From sequence record NZ_CP044080.1: DNA of 64,000 bases; one strand, 5' to 3'. The first letter of the stretch is position 1. Each line of letters begins with the position of its first letter. Under the pieces are notes generated by a model that did not search any database, was not told where the DNA came from, and saw nothing but the letters and a program-made list of their open reading frames with translations. This document shows, piece after piece, positions 56,365 to 64,000 of the stretch. Source of the DNA: a plasmid. The position numbers were made by a program, and so were the translations under genes.

Positions 56365-56448
56365 CCGGGTTTGAAAGCAAGCGGCGGAGTGCGGACACCC
56401 CAGGTTCGCGCCATAATGGCGGGGCGAACCAGCGAAAGGGCCGGACCG

Positions 56449-57495
56449 ATGCCGCAGACCACCGCACTTGACCCCCGCTGGCAGGCCGTGCTGGACCGCA
56501 GCCCGGCGGCGGATTTCGTCTTTGCCGTCCGCACCACCGGCATCTATTGCCGCCCGTCCTGTCCGGCACGCCGGCCTCGGCCCGAAAACGTCAGCTTCCA
56601 CGCCAATGCGGCCGAGGCCGAGGCACAGGGCTATCGCCCCTGCCTGCGCTGCCATCCGACAGGGATCGCGCCCGCGCAGGCCAATGCCGATCTGGTGGCG
56701 GCGGCCTGCCGCATCCTCGACAGCGCCGATCCGGTCCCGACCCTGCCCGAACTGGCCCGCCGCATCGGGCTGAGCCCGTCGCATCTGCACCGGCAGTTCC
56801 GCGCCGCAACCGGCCTGACGCCGGCCGGCTGGGCCAGGGCCGCGCGCGCCCGGCGGCTGCGGGCCGGCCTGGGCGACGGGGCTTCGGTCACCCAGGCCAT
56901 GCATCAGGCGGGCTATGGATCGTCCAGCCGGTTCTATGAGCGCGCGGACGAGGTGCTGGGCATGGCCCCCCGCGCCTATCGCGACGGCGGACGCGGAATG
57001 GTGATCCGCCATGCGCTGGACCGCTGCTCGCTGGGGCTGGTTCTGGTCGCCCAAAGCAAACGCGGCATCTGCGCCATTGCCCTGGGGGACGATCCACAGG
57101 CGCTGGTCCGTGACCTGCAGGCGCGCTTTCCCCAGGCTACCCTGATCGCCGAGGACGCAGCCCTGGCCGCCGTCCTGGGCCAGGTGGTCGCCCTGATCGA
57201 AGCGCCGGGCGCGGGCCTGGACCTGCCGCTGGACCTGCGCGGCACCGGATTCCAGCAGCGCGTCTGGCAGGCGCTGCGCGGCATTCGTCCGGGGCAGACG
57301 GTCAGCTATGCCGAGCTCGCCCGCCGGATCGGCGCACCGGGGTCGGCCCGGGCGGTGGCCGGGGCCTGCGCGGCGAACCCCGTGGCGGTCGCCGTGCCCT
57401 GCCACCGCGTCCTGCGCGGCGACGGCAGCCTGTCGGGCTATCGCTGGGGCGTGACGCGCAAGCGTGCGCTGCTGGATCGCGAATCCCAGGATTAG
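56449..57495 (+). CDS. ada: Bifunctional Ada regulator / O6-methylguanine-DNA methyltransferase
   Basis: N-terminal Ada zinc domain (FVFAVRTTGIYCRPSCP...CLRCHP), an AraC HTH and a C-terminal MGMT active site (PCHRVL). Confidence 0.8.
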   Translation: MPQTTALDPRWQAVLDRSPAADFVFAVRTTGIYCRPSCPARRPRPENVSFHANAAEAEAQGYRPCLRCHPTGIAPAQANADLVAAACRILDSADPVPTLPELARRIGLSPSHLHRQFRAATGLTPAGWARAARARRLRAGLGDGASVTQAMHQAGYGSSSRFYERADEVLGMAPRAYRDGGRGMVIRHALDRCSLGLVLVAQSKRGICAIALGDDPQALVRDLQARFPQATLIAEDAALAAVLGQVVALIEAPGAGLDLPLDLRGTGFQQRVWQALRGIRPGQTVSYAELARRIGAPGSARAVAGACAANPVAVAVPCHRVLRGDGSLSGYRWGVTRKRALLDRESQD

Positions 57496-57513
57496 ACTTG
57501 CAGATACAGTATA

Positions 57514-58329
57514 TTAATAAGACTTCCCAGATTTCCTCGAGGTTCGAAAATACTGCGAGCCTGCGGCGGCCTCGGCCAATTCCGCCGCCGCGGCCTGAAG
57601 CAGAGGGGCCAGGTCCCGCATCCGCGCCGGTGTCAGGCGCACGGCAGGCCCCGCGATCGACAGGCACCCCAGCGCGGCACCCCCGTCCGGCGGACACAGT
57701 GGAACTGCCATCGCCGCCATGCCGGGGATATAGCTGTCCACGGCCAGCGCGTAGCCGCGGTCCCGCGCCTCGGCCAGCACCTGGGGCAGGCCGGTCAGGG
57801 AAACGGGCGCCGCCCCGGGACGCGCCTCTTGCCCGGTTTCGTCCCGTTGCTGGGCGGCGGCCAGCGCCAGGGCGCGGTCGTCGTCCAGGCTGGAGAGCCA
57901 GGCCAGCCCGCTGGCGGAACTCGCCAGCCCCGCCACCACGCCCTGCTCCTGCCCGGGATCATAGCGCAGCCCGCCCCTGGCCCCCTGCGCCACCGCGACC
58001 CAGACCAGCGTGTCGCCATCGGCCACCGACAGCCGCACCAGCTCGCCGGTGTCGGCGGCCAGCCGGTCCAGCACCGGCTGAGCGACGTCGGTGATCCCGG
58101 CCCGGCCCAGAAAGCCCAGGCCCATCGCAGGCAGCTTGATGGTCAGCCTGTAGTCGCCCTGCGCCTGGACCTGCCGGACATAGCCCAGCCGCGCCAGTTC
58201 CCGCAGCAGGCGGTGCACGCCGCTGGCCGGCTGGCCCAGCCGTCCGGCAAGGGTCGACACCGACAACCCTTCGGGGTGCCGGGCCAGCAAGGCGATGACG
58301 GCAAGGGATTTCTCCAGAAGGCTGCTCAT
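57514..58329 (-). CDS. IclR-family transcriptional regulator
   Basis: N-terminal IclR HTH (LEKSLAVIALLARHPEGLSVSTLAGRLGQPASGVHRLLRELARLGYV) and a C-terminal effector domain. Confidence 0.8.
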   Translation of the reverse strand: MSSLLEKSLAVIALLARHPEGLSVSTLAGRLGQPASGVHRLLRELARLGYVRQVQAQGDYRLTIKLPAMGLGFLGRAGITDVAQPVLDRLAADTGELVRLSVADGDTLVWVAVAQGARGGLRYDPGQEQGVVAGLASSASGLAWLSSLDDDRALALAAAQQRDETGQEARPGAAPVSLTGLPQVLAEARDRGYALAVDSYIPGMAAMAVPLCPPDGGAALGCLSIAGPAVRLTPARMRDLAPLLQAAAAELAEAAAGSQYFRTSRKSGKSY

Positions 58330-58401
58330 GGTCCGGGCTCCGTGACGGCACACCCAGATGCCGCGACGAGGGACCAAAGGTCAACAGCGACGGACCCTGC
58401 C

Positions 58402-60756
58402 TTACTTCGGCACCGGCTGCGCGGTCGTCGCCGAATTCTCCTCGGTCTCGCTTTCCTCGGGATGCTCGGCCGCGTCCTCGCCGGTGATCAGGGCGGCCAC
58501 GTCGTCGGCCATGTCGCGCAGCAACTCCATCTCTTCCTCCTCGAGCGCGCGGGGCTGGGTGTCGAGCAGGCACAGAGCCCCCAGCACCAACCCGTCGGCC
58601 GTGCGCAGCGGCGCGCCGGCATAGAACCGGGTGCGCCACATGGTGATCGCGGGCAGATCGGCAAAGCGCGGGTCGCGGCGCGTGTCCTTGATGACCAGCG
58701 TGCTGTCGGTCGAAATGACATGGTCGCAGACCGCGTCCTCGCGCGGCAGGGTGATCATGTTGGTGCCGTCCTGGGTCACCTCTCCCGGCAGCTCCATGCT
58801 TTGGCCGATGATGAATTCATGGTCGGCATCGATGGCGGTGATGACGGCGAATTCGACGTCGAAGACCTCGGCGGCGCGGGCGGCAAGGGCATCCAGTTCC
58901 TCGCGCGCGTGGCCGTCCAGCACATTCGTGGCCTCGAGCGCGGCCACGCGTTCGGCGTCGTTTTCCGGGCGCGGCGCGGTCTGGCGTTCGCGGGCAAGGT
59001 CGGGGGTCAGCATCTGTTCGATGCGCTGCACCGCCTCGGACATCGAGGCCACGACGGCATCGGCCCCCCATTCGCGTGCCTTGTCGTTCCCGGTCAGGTC
59101 GTCCGGCGCGTTCCACAATGCCAGCACGATCTTCACCTCGGGCCAGCGGTTGCGCAGCCGGCGGCAGAAGGATCGCGCCGACAGCATCGGCTCGCGGCTG
59201 AAATAGCTCAGGCAGACCAGTTCGACCCCCTCGAGATCCAGCTTGTCCACATAGCGCGCGGTCAGCACGCCGGCCGGGCGCTGGCTGGCCGCGATGCCGC
59301 CAAAGGCCAGGGCATGGACCATCATCTCGCAGGCGACGTTGTCGATTTCCCACTTGCCGCCGATGCAGGCCACGCGCGGCGGGCCCTGGGGCGGATCGGG
59401 CGGGGTGTAATCCTCGCGCAGGTCGTCCAGCAGCACGTCCATGCCGTTGACCACGCGCAGCCGATGTTCGGCCCGCGCCTGGGTCAGGAAGTCGACGCTG
59501 GCCTGGCGCAGCACCTCGATGCCGTGGCTGTCATAGAATTCGATCACCGAACTGTCGTCGATGGCTTCGCTGGCGATCTCGATCGCTTCCTGAGGATCGT
59601 CCGCGATCAGCCGCTGGTAGATGCGCGTCGGCACGTCCAGGACCGGGGTCGAGCCGAGCAGCGTGTCCAGAAACTGCAACTGCGGCAGGTTGCGCCCGAT
59701 GACCAGCAGGCAGACGGTCAGGGGCGTGGACAGGATCAGCCCCACCGGACCCCAGAGCGCGGTCCAGAAGGTCGCGGCCGCGATCAGCGACAGGGCTGAA
59801 AGACCCGTCGAGGTGCCGTAAAGCACGGGCTCGACGATATTGCTGCTGATAAGTTCCAGGATGACGACCAATGCCAGGGTCAGCAGGACCATGTTCCAGC
59901 CCGGATCGACCGCAAAGGCCAGCGCCAGCGGAAAGACCGCCGACAGGACCGGCCCGACATAGGGGATGAAGCGCATGACCGCGGCCAGCGTCCCCCACAG
60001 GATCCAGCCCGGCACGCCGATCAGCCACAGGCCCGCAGCCATCGGGATGGCATAGGTCACGTTCACGACCAGCTGCATCAGCAGATATTTCGAGATGCGG
60101 CTGCCCGCCTCTTCCATGGCATCGGTCGAGCGGTGCAGGTTGCCGCCCAGCATGCGGATCAGCCGGTCGCGCAGGTCGCCCCGGTCGAGCAGCGCCAGAA
60201 ACACAAAGACCAGCACAATGCCCGCGGTGGCCACCGGCGCCAGCACCGGGACCAGCCAGGCCACCGCCGTGCGGAACGGGCTTTCGGGCTGGGCCACGAC
60301 CTGCACGCGTTCGGCGGGCAGGCTTTCCTCGTTCTGGGCAATGGCCTTCTCGACCTCTTCCTGGACGGTCGTGACCATCTGCCAGGCGCCGTCGAAGATG
60401 CCCGGGCCGCGCATCGAATCGCCCAAGGCATCGATCTTGTCGCGCACCGTGCTTTGATAGGTCGGCAGCTGCACCGCCAGCAGCCTGACCTGGGACCCGA
60501 CCAGAACGCCAAGCCCCAGGATCACCGTCACGACCGTCGCCATGACGACGATCACGGACAGGACCCGGGGCAGGCCGCGCCGGCACAGCCAGACGACCAG
60601 CGGGCTCAGCGCAAAGCTGATGAGGAAGGCGATGGCCAGCGGGATCAGGACGTCCTGGCCCAGGTAAAGACCCGACAGGATGGCGGCCGCCGTGACGAAC
60701 CACGCGGCCAGCCGGACGATATCGGGCTGCGGCCCCGGCGTAACCGGACTTTCCAT
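58402..60756 (-). CDS. AI-2E-family (PerM-like) transporter fused to a long cytoplasmic C-terminal region ending in a GAF domain
   Basis: N-terminal ~360 aa with 7-8 TM helices typical of AI-2E transporters. C-terminal GAF-like module (VITAIDADHEFIIGQ...FYAGAPLRTADGLVLGALCLLD). Confidence 0.65.
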   Translation of the reverse strand: MESPVTPGPQPDIVRLAAWFVTAAAILSGLYLGQDVLIPLAIAFLISFALSPLVVWLCRRGLPRVLSVIVVMATVVTVILGLGVLVGSQVRLLAVQLPTYQSTVRDKIDALGDSMRGPGIFDGAWQMVTTVQEEVEKAIAQNEESLPAERVQVVAQPESPFRTAVAWLVPVLAPVATAGIVLVFVFLALLDRGDLRDRLIRMLGGNLHRSTDAMEEAGSRISKYLLMQLVVNVTYAIPMAAGLWLIGVPGWILWGTLAAVMRFIPYVGPVLSAVFPLALAFAVDPGWNMVLLTLALVVILELISSNIVEPVLYGTSTGLSALSLIAAATFWTALWGPVGLILSTPLTVCLLVIGRNLPQLQFLDTLLGSTPVLDVPTRIYQRLIADDPQEAIEIASEAIDDSSVIEFYDSHGIEVLRQASVDFLTQARAEHRLRVVNGMDVLLDDLREDYTPPDPPQGPPRVACIGGKWEIDNVACEMMVHALAFGGIAASQRPAGVLTARYVDKLDLEGVELVCLSYFSREPMLSARSFCRRLRNRWPEVKIVLALWNAPDDLTGNDKAREWGADAVVASMSEAVQRIEQMLTPDLARERQTAPRPENDAERVAALEATNVLDGHAREELDALAARAAEVFDVEFAVITAIDADHEFIIGQSMELPGEVTQDGTNMITLPREDAVCDHVISTDSTLVIKDTRRDPRFADLPAITMWRTRFYAGAPLRTADGLVLGALCLLDTQPRALEEEEMELLRDMADDVAALITGEDAAEHPEESETEENSATTAQPVPK

Positions 60757-60837
60757 CACGTTCCCCCTGACACGCGATCCGGCCTTGGCGCCGCACGGCA
60801 AGGGAACGCGGCGCGGCGGGGGCGGTTCCGGGGGAAC

Positions 60838-61980
60838 CTAGCCCCAGCGCCAGTCGCCCGCGCCCAGGGCCGGGGCGGCGCGGGCCGTGTCCAGCGTGCT
60901 GCGCGAGAACAGGATCGGCGTGCGCAGGCCCGCGATGCCTTCGGGCGCGATGCGCAGGCCGCGGGCGGCGATCTGCGGATCGGCCAGACCTTCGGCCACG
61001 TCGTTGACGGGTCCGACCGGCACCCCGGCCGCGTCCAGCGCGGCGATCAGCGCGGCTCGGGTCATCCGGCCCGTGGCCTGGGCCAGCAGCGGCACCAGCG
61101 CCGCGCGATTGGCGACGCGGGCGGGGTTCGTGGCGTAATCGGGGTCCTGCGCCAGCCCGTCCAGCCCCAACACCCGGCAGAGCGCCGCGAATTGCCGGTC
61201 GTTGCCGCAGGCGATGATCGCGTGCCCGTCGGCGGTGGGAAACAGCTGATAGGGGACGATATTGGGATGCGCATTGCCCAGCCGGTGCGGCACCGTCCCG
61301 CCCAGCAGATAGTTCGTCGCCTGGTTCGCCAGCACCGCCGTGCCGCAATCCAGCAGCGACAGGTCCAGGTGCTGGCCGCGGCCCGAACGCGCACGCTCGG
61401 CCAGCGCTGCCTGCACGGCGATGGTGCCGTAAAGCCCGGTGAAGATGTCGATCCAGGCCACGCCGACCTTCTGCGGCTCGCCGGACGGGTCGCCGGTCAG
61501 GTCCATGATGCCGCACATGCCCTGGATCAGGAAATCGTATCCGGGCTGGCTGGCGCGCGGCCCGTCCTGGCCGAAGCCCGTGATCGAGGCGTAGACCAGC
61601 CCCGGATTGTCCGCCGCCAGCGTCGGATAGTCCAGCCCGAAGCGGGCCAGCCCCCCGACCTTGAAATTCTCGATCACCACATCCGCGTCGCCGACCAACG
61701 CGCGCAGCCGTGCCAGATCCTTGGCATCGTTGAAATCGCAGGTGACCGAGGTCTTGCCCCGATTGGCCGCGTGGAAATAGGCGGCGACGCGCTCGGCCGT
61801 GCCGTCTGGCCGGGGCCGGTCGATGAAGGGCGGGCCCCAGCGGCGGGTGTCGTCGCCCTCGGGCGCCTCGACCTTGATGACCTGGGCGCCAAGGTCGGCC
61901 AGGGTCTGGCCGATCCAGGGCCCGGCCAGGATGCGGGCCAGTTCGACCACCCGCAGCCCCTTCAGCGGCGGCTCAGCCAA
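60838..61980 (-). CDS. CaiB/BaiF family-III CoA transferase (candidate glutarate/succinyl-CoA transferase)
   Basis: Family-III CoA-transferase motifs ([31 protein letters not shown]; catalytic Asp context). Confidence 0.8.
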   Translation of the reverse strand: MAEPPLKGLRVVELARILAGPWIGQTLADLGAQVIKVEAPEGDDTRRWGPPFIDRPRPDGTAERVAAYFHAANRGKTSVTCDFNDAKDLARLRALVGDADVVIENFKVGGLARFGLDYPTLAADNPGLVYASITGFGQDGPRASQPGYDFLIQGMCGIMDLTGDPSGEPQKVGVAWIDIFTGLYGTIAVQAALAERARSGRGQHLDLSLLDCGTAVLANQATNYLLGGTVPHRLGNAHPNIVPYQLFPTADGHAIIACGNDRQFAALCRVLGLDGLAQDPDYATNPARVANRAALVPLLAQATGRMTRAALIAALDAAGVPVGPVNDVAEGLADPQIAARGLRIAPEGIAGLRTPILFSRSTLDTARAAPALGAGDWRWG

Positions 61981-63172
61981 AGGCCTGGTGCCCGGTCTGC
62001 GCGCGGCCCAGGATCAGGGCGTGCACGTCATGGGTTCCTTCGTAGGTGTTCACCGTCTCCAGGTTCTGGGCGTGGCGCATGACGTGGTATTCGATGGAGA
62101 TCCCGTTGCCGCCGTGCATGTCGCGGGCCATGCGGGCGATCTCCAGCGCCTTGCCGCAGTTGTTGCGCTTGACGATGGAAATCATCTCGGGCGCGAAGCG
62201 CCCTTCGTCCAGCAGCCGCCCGACGCGGAGGGAGGCTTGCAGGCCAAGCGCGATTTCGGTCTGCATGTCGGCCAGTTTCTTCTGGAACAGCTGTGTCGCG
62301 GCCAGCGGGCGGCCGAACTGCTGGCGGTCCAGCCCGTATTGGCGGGCGCGGAACCAGCAATCCTCGGCCGCGCCCATCGCGCCCCAGCTGATGCCATAGC
62401 GCGCGCGGTTCAGGCAGCCAAAGGGACCGCCCATGCCCTCGACGCCAGGCAGGATCGCATCCTCGGGGAGTTCGACATCCTCCATCACGATCCCACCCGT
62501 GACCGAGGCGCGCAGGCTCAGCTTGCCCTCGATCCTGGGGGCGCTGAGGCCGGGCGTGCCCTTGTCCAGCACAAAGCCGCGGACCTTGCCGCCATGCGCG
62601 TCCGATTTTGCCCAGACCACGAATACATCGGCGATGGGGGCGTTGGTGATCCAGGTCTTGGTGCCCGACAGCACATAACCGCCATCGACCTTGCGGGCCC
62701 GCGTCCGCATCCCGGCCGGGTCGGAGCCGGCATCTGGCTCGGTCAGGCCGAAACAGCCGATCCATTCGCCGCTGGCCAGCCGGGGCAGATAGCGGCGCTT
62801 CTGCGCCTCGCTCCCATAGGCTTCGATCGGGAACATCACCAGCGACGACTGGACCGAGGCCATGCTGCGATACCCGCTGTCGATGCGTTCGATTTCGCGC
62901 GCGACCAGCCCGTAGGCCACATAGGACGCGCCCGCGCCGCCATGTTCGTCGGCCACGGTGACGCCCAGCAGCCCCGCCTGTCCCATTTCGGGAAAGATCG
63001 CGGGGTCGGTCGTTTCGTGCAGATAGGCGTCCTTGATGCGCGGGGCCAGCCGCTCGGCGGCAAAGGCGGCCGCGCTGTCGCGGATCATCCGCTCTTCCTC
63101 GGTCAGCTGATCCTCAAGCAGAAACGGGTCGGCCCATGAAAACGGCGCGCCCTTGTATGATCCGGTCGCCAT
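61973..63172 (-). CDS. gcdH: Glutaryl-CoA dehydrogenase
   Basis: Acyl-CoA dehydrogenase fold with GcdH-like N-terminus ([24 protein letters not shown]) and catalytic Glu context (YEGTHDVH). Confidence 0.85.
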   Translation of the reverse strand: MATGSYKGAPFSWADPFLLEDQLTEEERMIRDSAAAFAAERLAPRIKDAYLHETTDPAIFPEMGQAGLLGVTVADEHGGAGASYVAYGLVAREIERIDSGYRSMASVQSSLVMFPIEAYGSEAQKRRYLPRLASGEWIGCFGLTEPDAGSDPAGMRTRARKVDGGYVLSGTKTWITNAPIADVFVVWAKSDAHGGKVRGFVLDKGTPGLSAPRIEGKLSLRASVTGGIVMEDVELPEDAILPGVEGMGGPFGCLNRARYGISWGAMGAAEDCWFRARQYGLDRQQFGRPLAATQLFQKKLADMQTEIALGLQASLRVGRLLDEGRFAPEMISIVKRNNCGKALEIARMARDMHGGNGISIEYHVMRHAQNLETVNTYEGTHDVHALILGRAQTGHQAFG

Positions 63173-63270
63173 CGCGGCCTCCCTTCCTGTCCTGTGCTCG
63201 GGTCATGCAATACCAGCTTTCCCTTGCCCCGAAAAAGCGGATAATCCGCATGACTTGATGCATAGGATGC

Positions 63271-64000
63271 ATGAACATGCGGCAACGGCGCTACCTGCCG
63301 GGCCTTGGCCTGCTGACGGCCTTCGACGCGGTGATGCGCACCGGATCGGTGACGCGGGCGGCCCAGGACCTGGCGCTGACGCAAAGCACGGTCAGCCGTC
63401 TGGTCCAGACGCTCGAGGCACAGTTGGGCCAGCCCCTGTTCCTTCGCCGCCGCAAGCGCCTGCACCCGACCGAGGCCGCGCTGCGCTATCATCGCGACAT
63501 CGCGGCGGCGCTGGACAGTATCCAGCGCGCGACCATGGCGCTGGTCGCCAATCCCGACGGCGGGACGCTGGATCTGGCCGTCCTGCCGACCTTCGGCACG
63601 CGCTGGCTGGCGCCGCGGCTGCCCGATTTCCTGTCGGCCAATCCGGGCGTCACGGTGAACCTGACGACCCGCTTCACCCGCTTCGACTTTGCCACGGAAC
63701 GCTTTGACGCGATGATCTATTATGGCAGCGACGACTGGCCGGGGGCGGCGCATCTGAAACTGTTCGACGAACGCCTGACGGCCTGCGCCAGCCCCGCGCT
63801 GCTGATGGCCCATCCCGTCGCGGGCCCCGCCGACCTGCACGGCATGGTGCTGCTGCAACTCGCGACCCGGTCCGATGCCTGGGCGGCCTGGTTCCGGGGA
63901 CAAGGGGCGGCGCCCCCCGCCCGGATCGACGGGATGGTGATGGACCAGTTTTCCATGATGGTGCAGGCGGCGATCTCGGGGCTGGGGGTGGCGTTGCTGC
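63271..64000 (+). CDS. LysR-family transcriptional regulator (GcdR-like), 3' end beyond the window
   Basis: LysR HTH (LLTAFDAVMRTGSVTRAAQDLALTQSTVSRLVQTLE). Divergent from gcdH. Frame still open at 64000. Confidence 0.7.
   Translation, partial: MNMRQRRYLPGLGLLTAFDAVMRTGSVTRAAQDLALTQSTVSRLVQTLEAQLGQPLFLRRRKRLHPTEAALRYHRDIAAALDSIQRATMALVANPDGGTLDLAVLPTFGTRWLAPRLPDFLSANPGVTVNLTTRFTRFDFATERFDAMIYYGSDDWPGAAHLKLFDERLTACASPALLMAHPVAGPADLHGMVLLQLATRSDAWAAWFRGQGAAPPARIDGMVMDQFSMMVQAAISGLGVALL

Overview
This is a high-GC (~65-68%) alphaproteobacterial chromosomal segment. Gene content (qhp-like amine dehydrogenase remnants, membrane PQQ glucose dehydrogenase, uronate TRAP operon) is consistent with a Rhodobacteraceae/Paracoccus-like genome, but that assignment is inference. 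Coding density is high; I found no rRNA, tRNA, CRISPR array or transposase/integrase.

Reading left to right:
- **382-13036:** dld, then a quaternary-amine/opine-type catabolic locus. It contains a GbdR/GlxA-family AraC regulator, an OoxAB-like heterodimeric FAD oxidase, an OpuC-type betaine ABC transporter, a C-N hydrolase, and a GbcAB-like Rieske oxygenase plus reductase.
- **13790-19256, the stand-out feature:** a tightly coupled six-gene minus-strand operon that looks like an undescribed RiPP (triceptide/Fxs-like) biosynthetic cluster. It encodes a 208-aa precursor with four near-identical 26-aa tandem core repeats, a Cys-rich hypothetical, a radical SAM/SPASM maturase, an HExxH-motif protein, a 2OG-Fe(II)-oxygenase-like protein and a TPR protein.
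- **20890-21670:** decayed MFS and SDR gene fragments.
- **21723-25640:** a probably degenerate quinohemoprotein-amine-dehydrogenase-like locus. It holds a FAD oxidoreductase, a diheme cytochrome c with a likely frameshift, and a radical SAM lacking the second half of its SPASM domain.
- **25647-28793:** aldehyde dehydrogenase, an Lrp regulator and hppD.
- **28800-33900:** a lower-GC (~53-55%) island with a secreted protein, a fused RgpF/WbsX-type glycosyltransferase and a sulfotransferase-like protein.
- **33892-41057:** TerC with a long leader, a secreted phosphatase, a NarL-type two-component system, a lipoprotein and PQQ-glucose dehydrogenase.
- **41213-46095:** an alternative cytochrome oxidase cluster (CtaG, HemJ-like, short CoxB, CoxA-CoxC fusion).
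- **46162-49460:** divergent katG and oxyR.
- **49457-55583:** a uronate utilisation operon (kduD, kduI, cupin, TRAP dctPQM, uxaC) with a divergent GntR regulator.
- **56449-64000:** ada, an IclR regulator, an AI-2E-transporter-GAF fusion, and glutarate catabolism (CoA transferase, gcdH, divergent LysR regulator).
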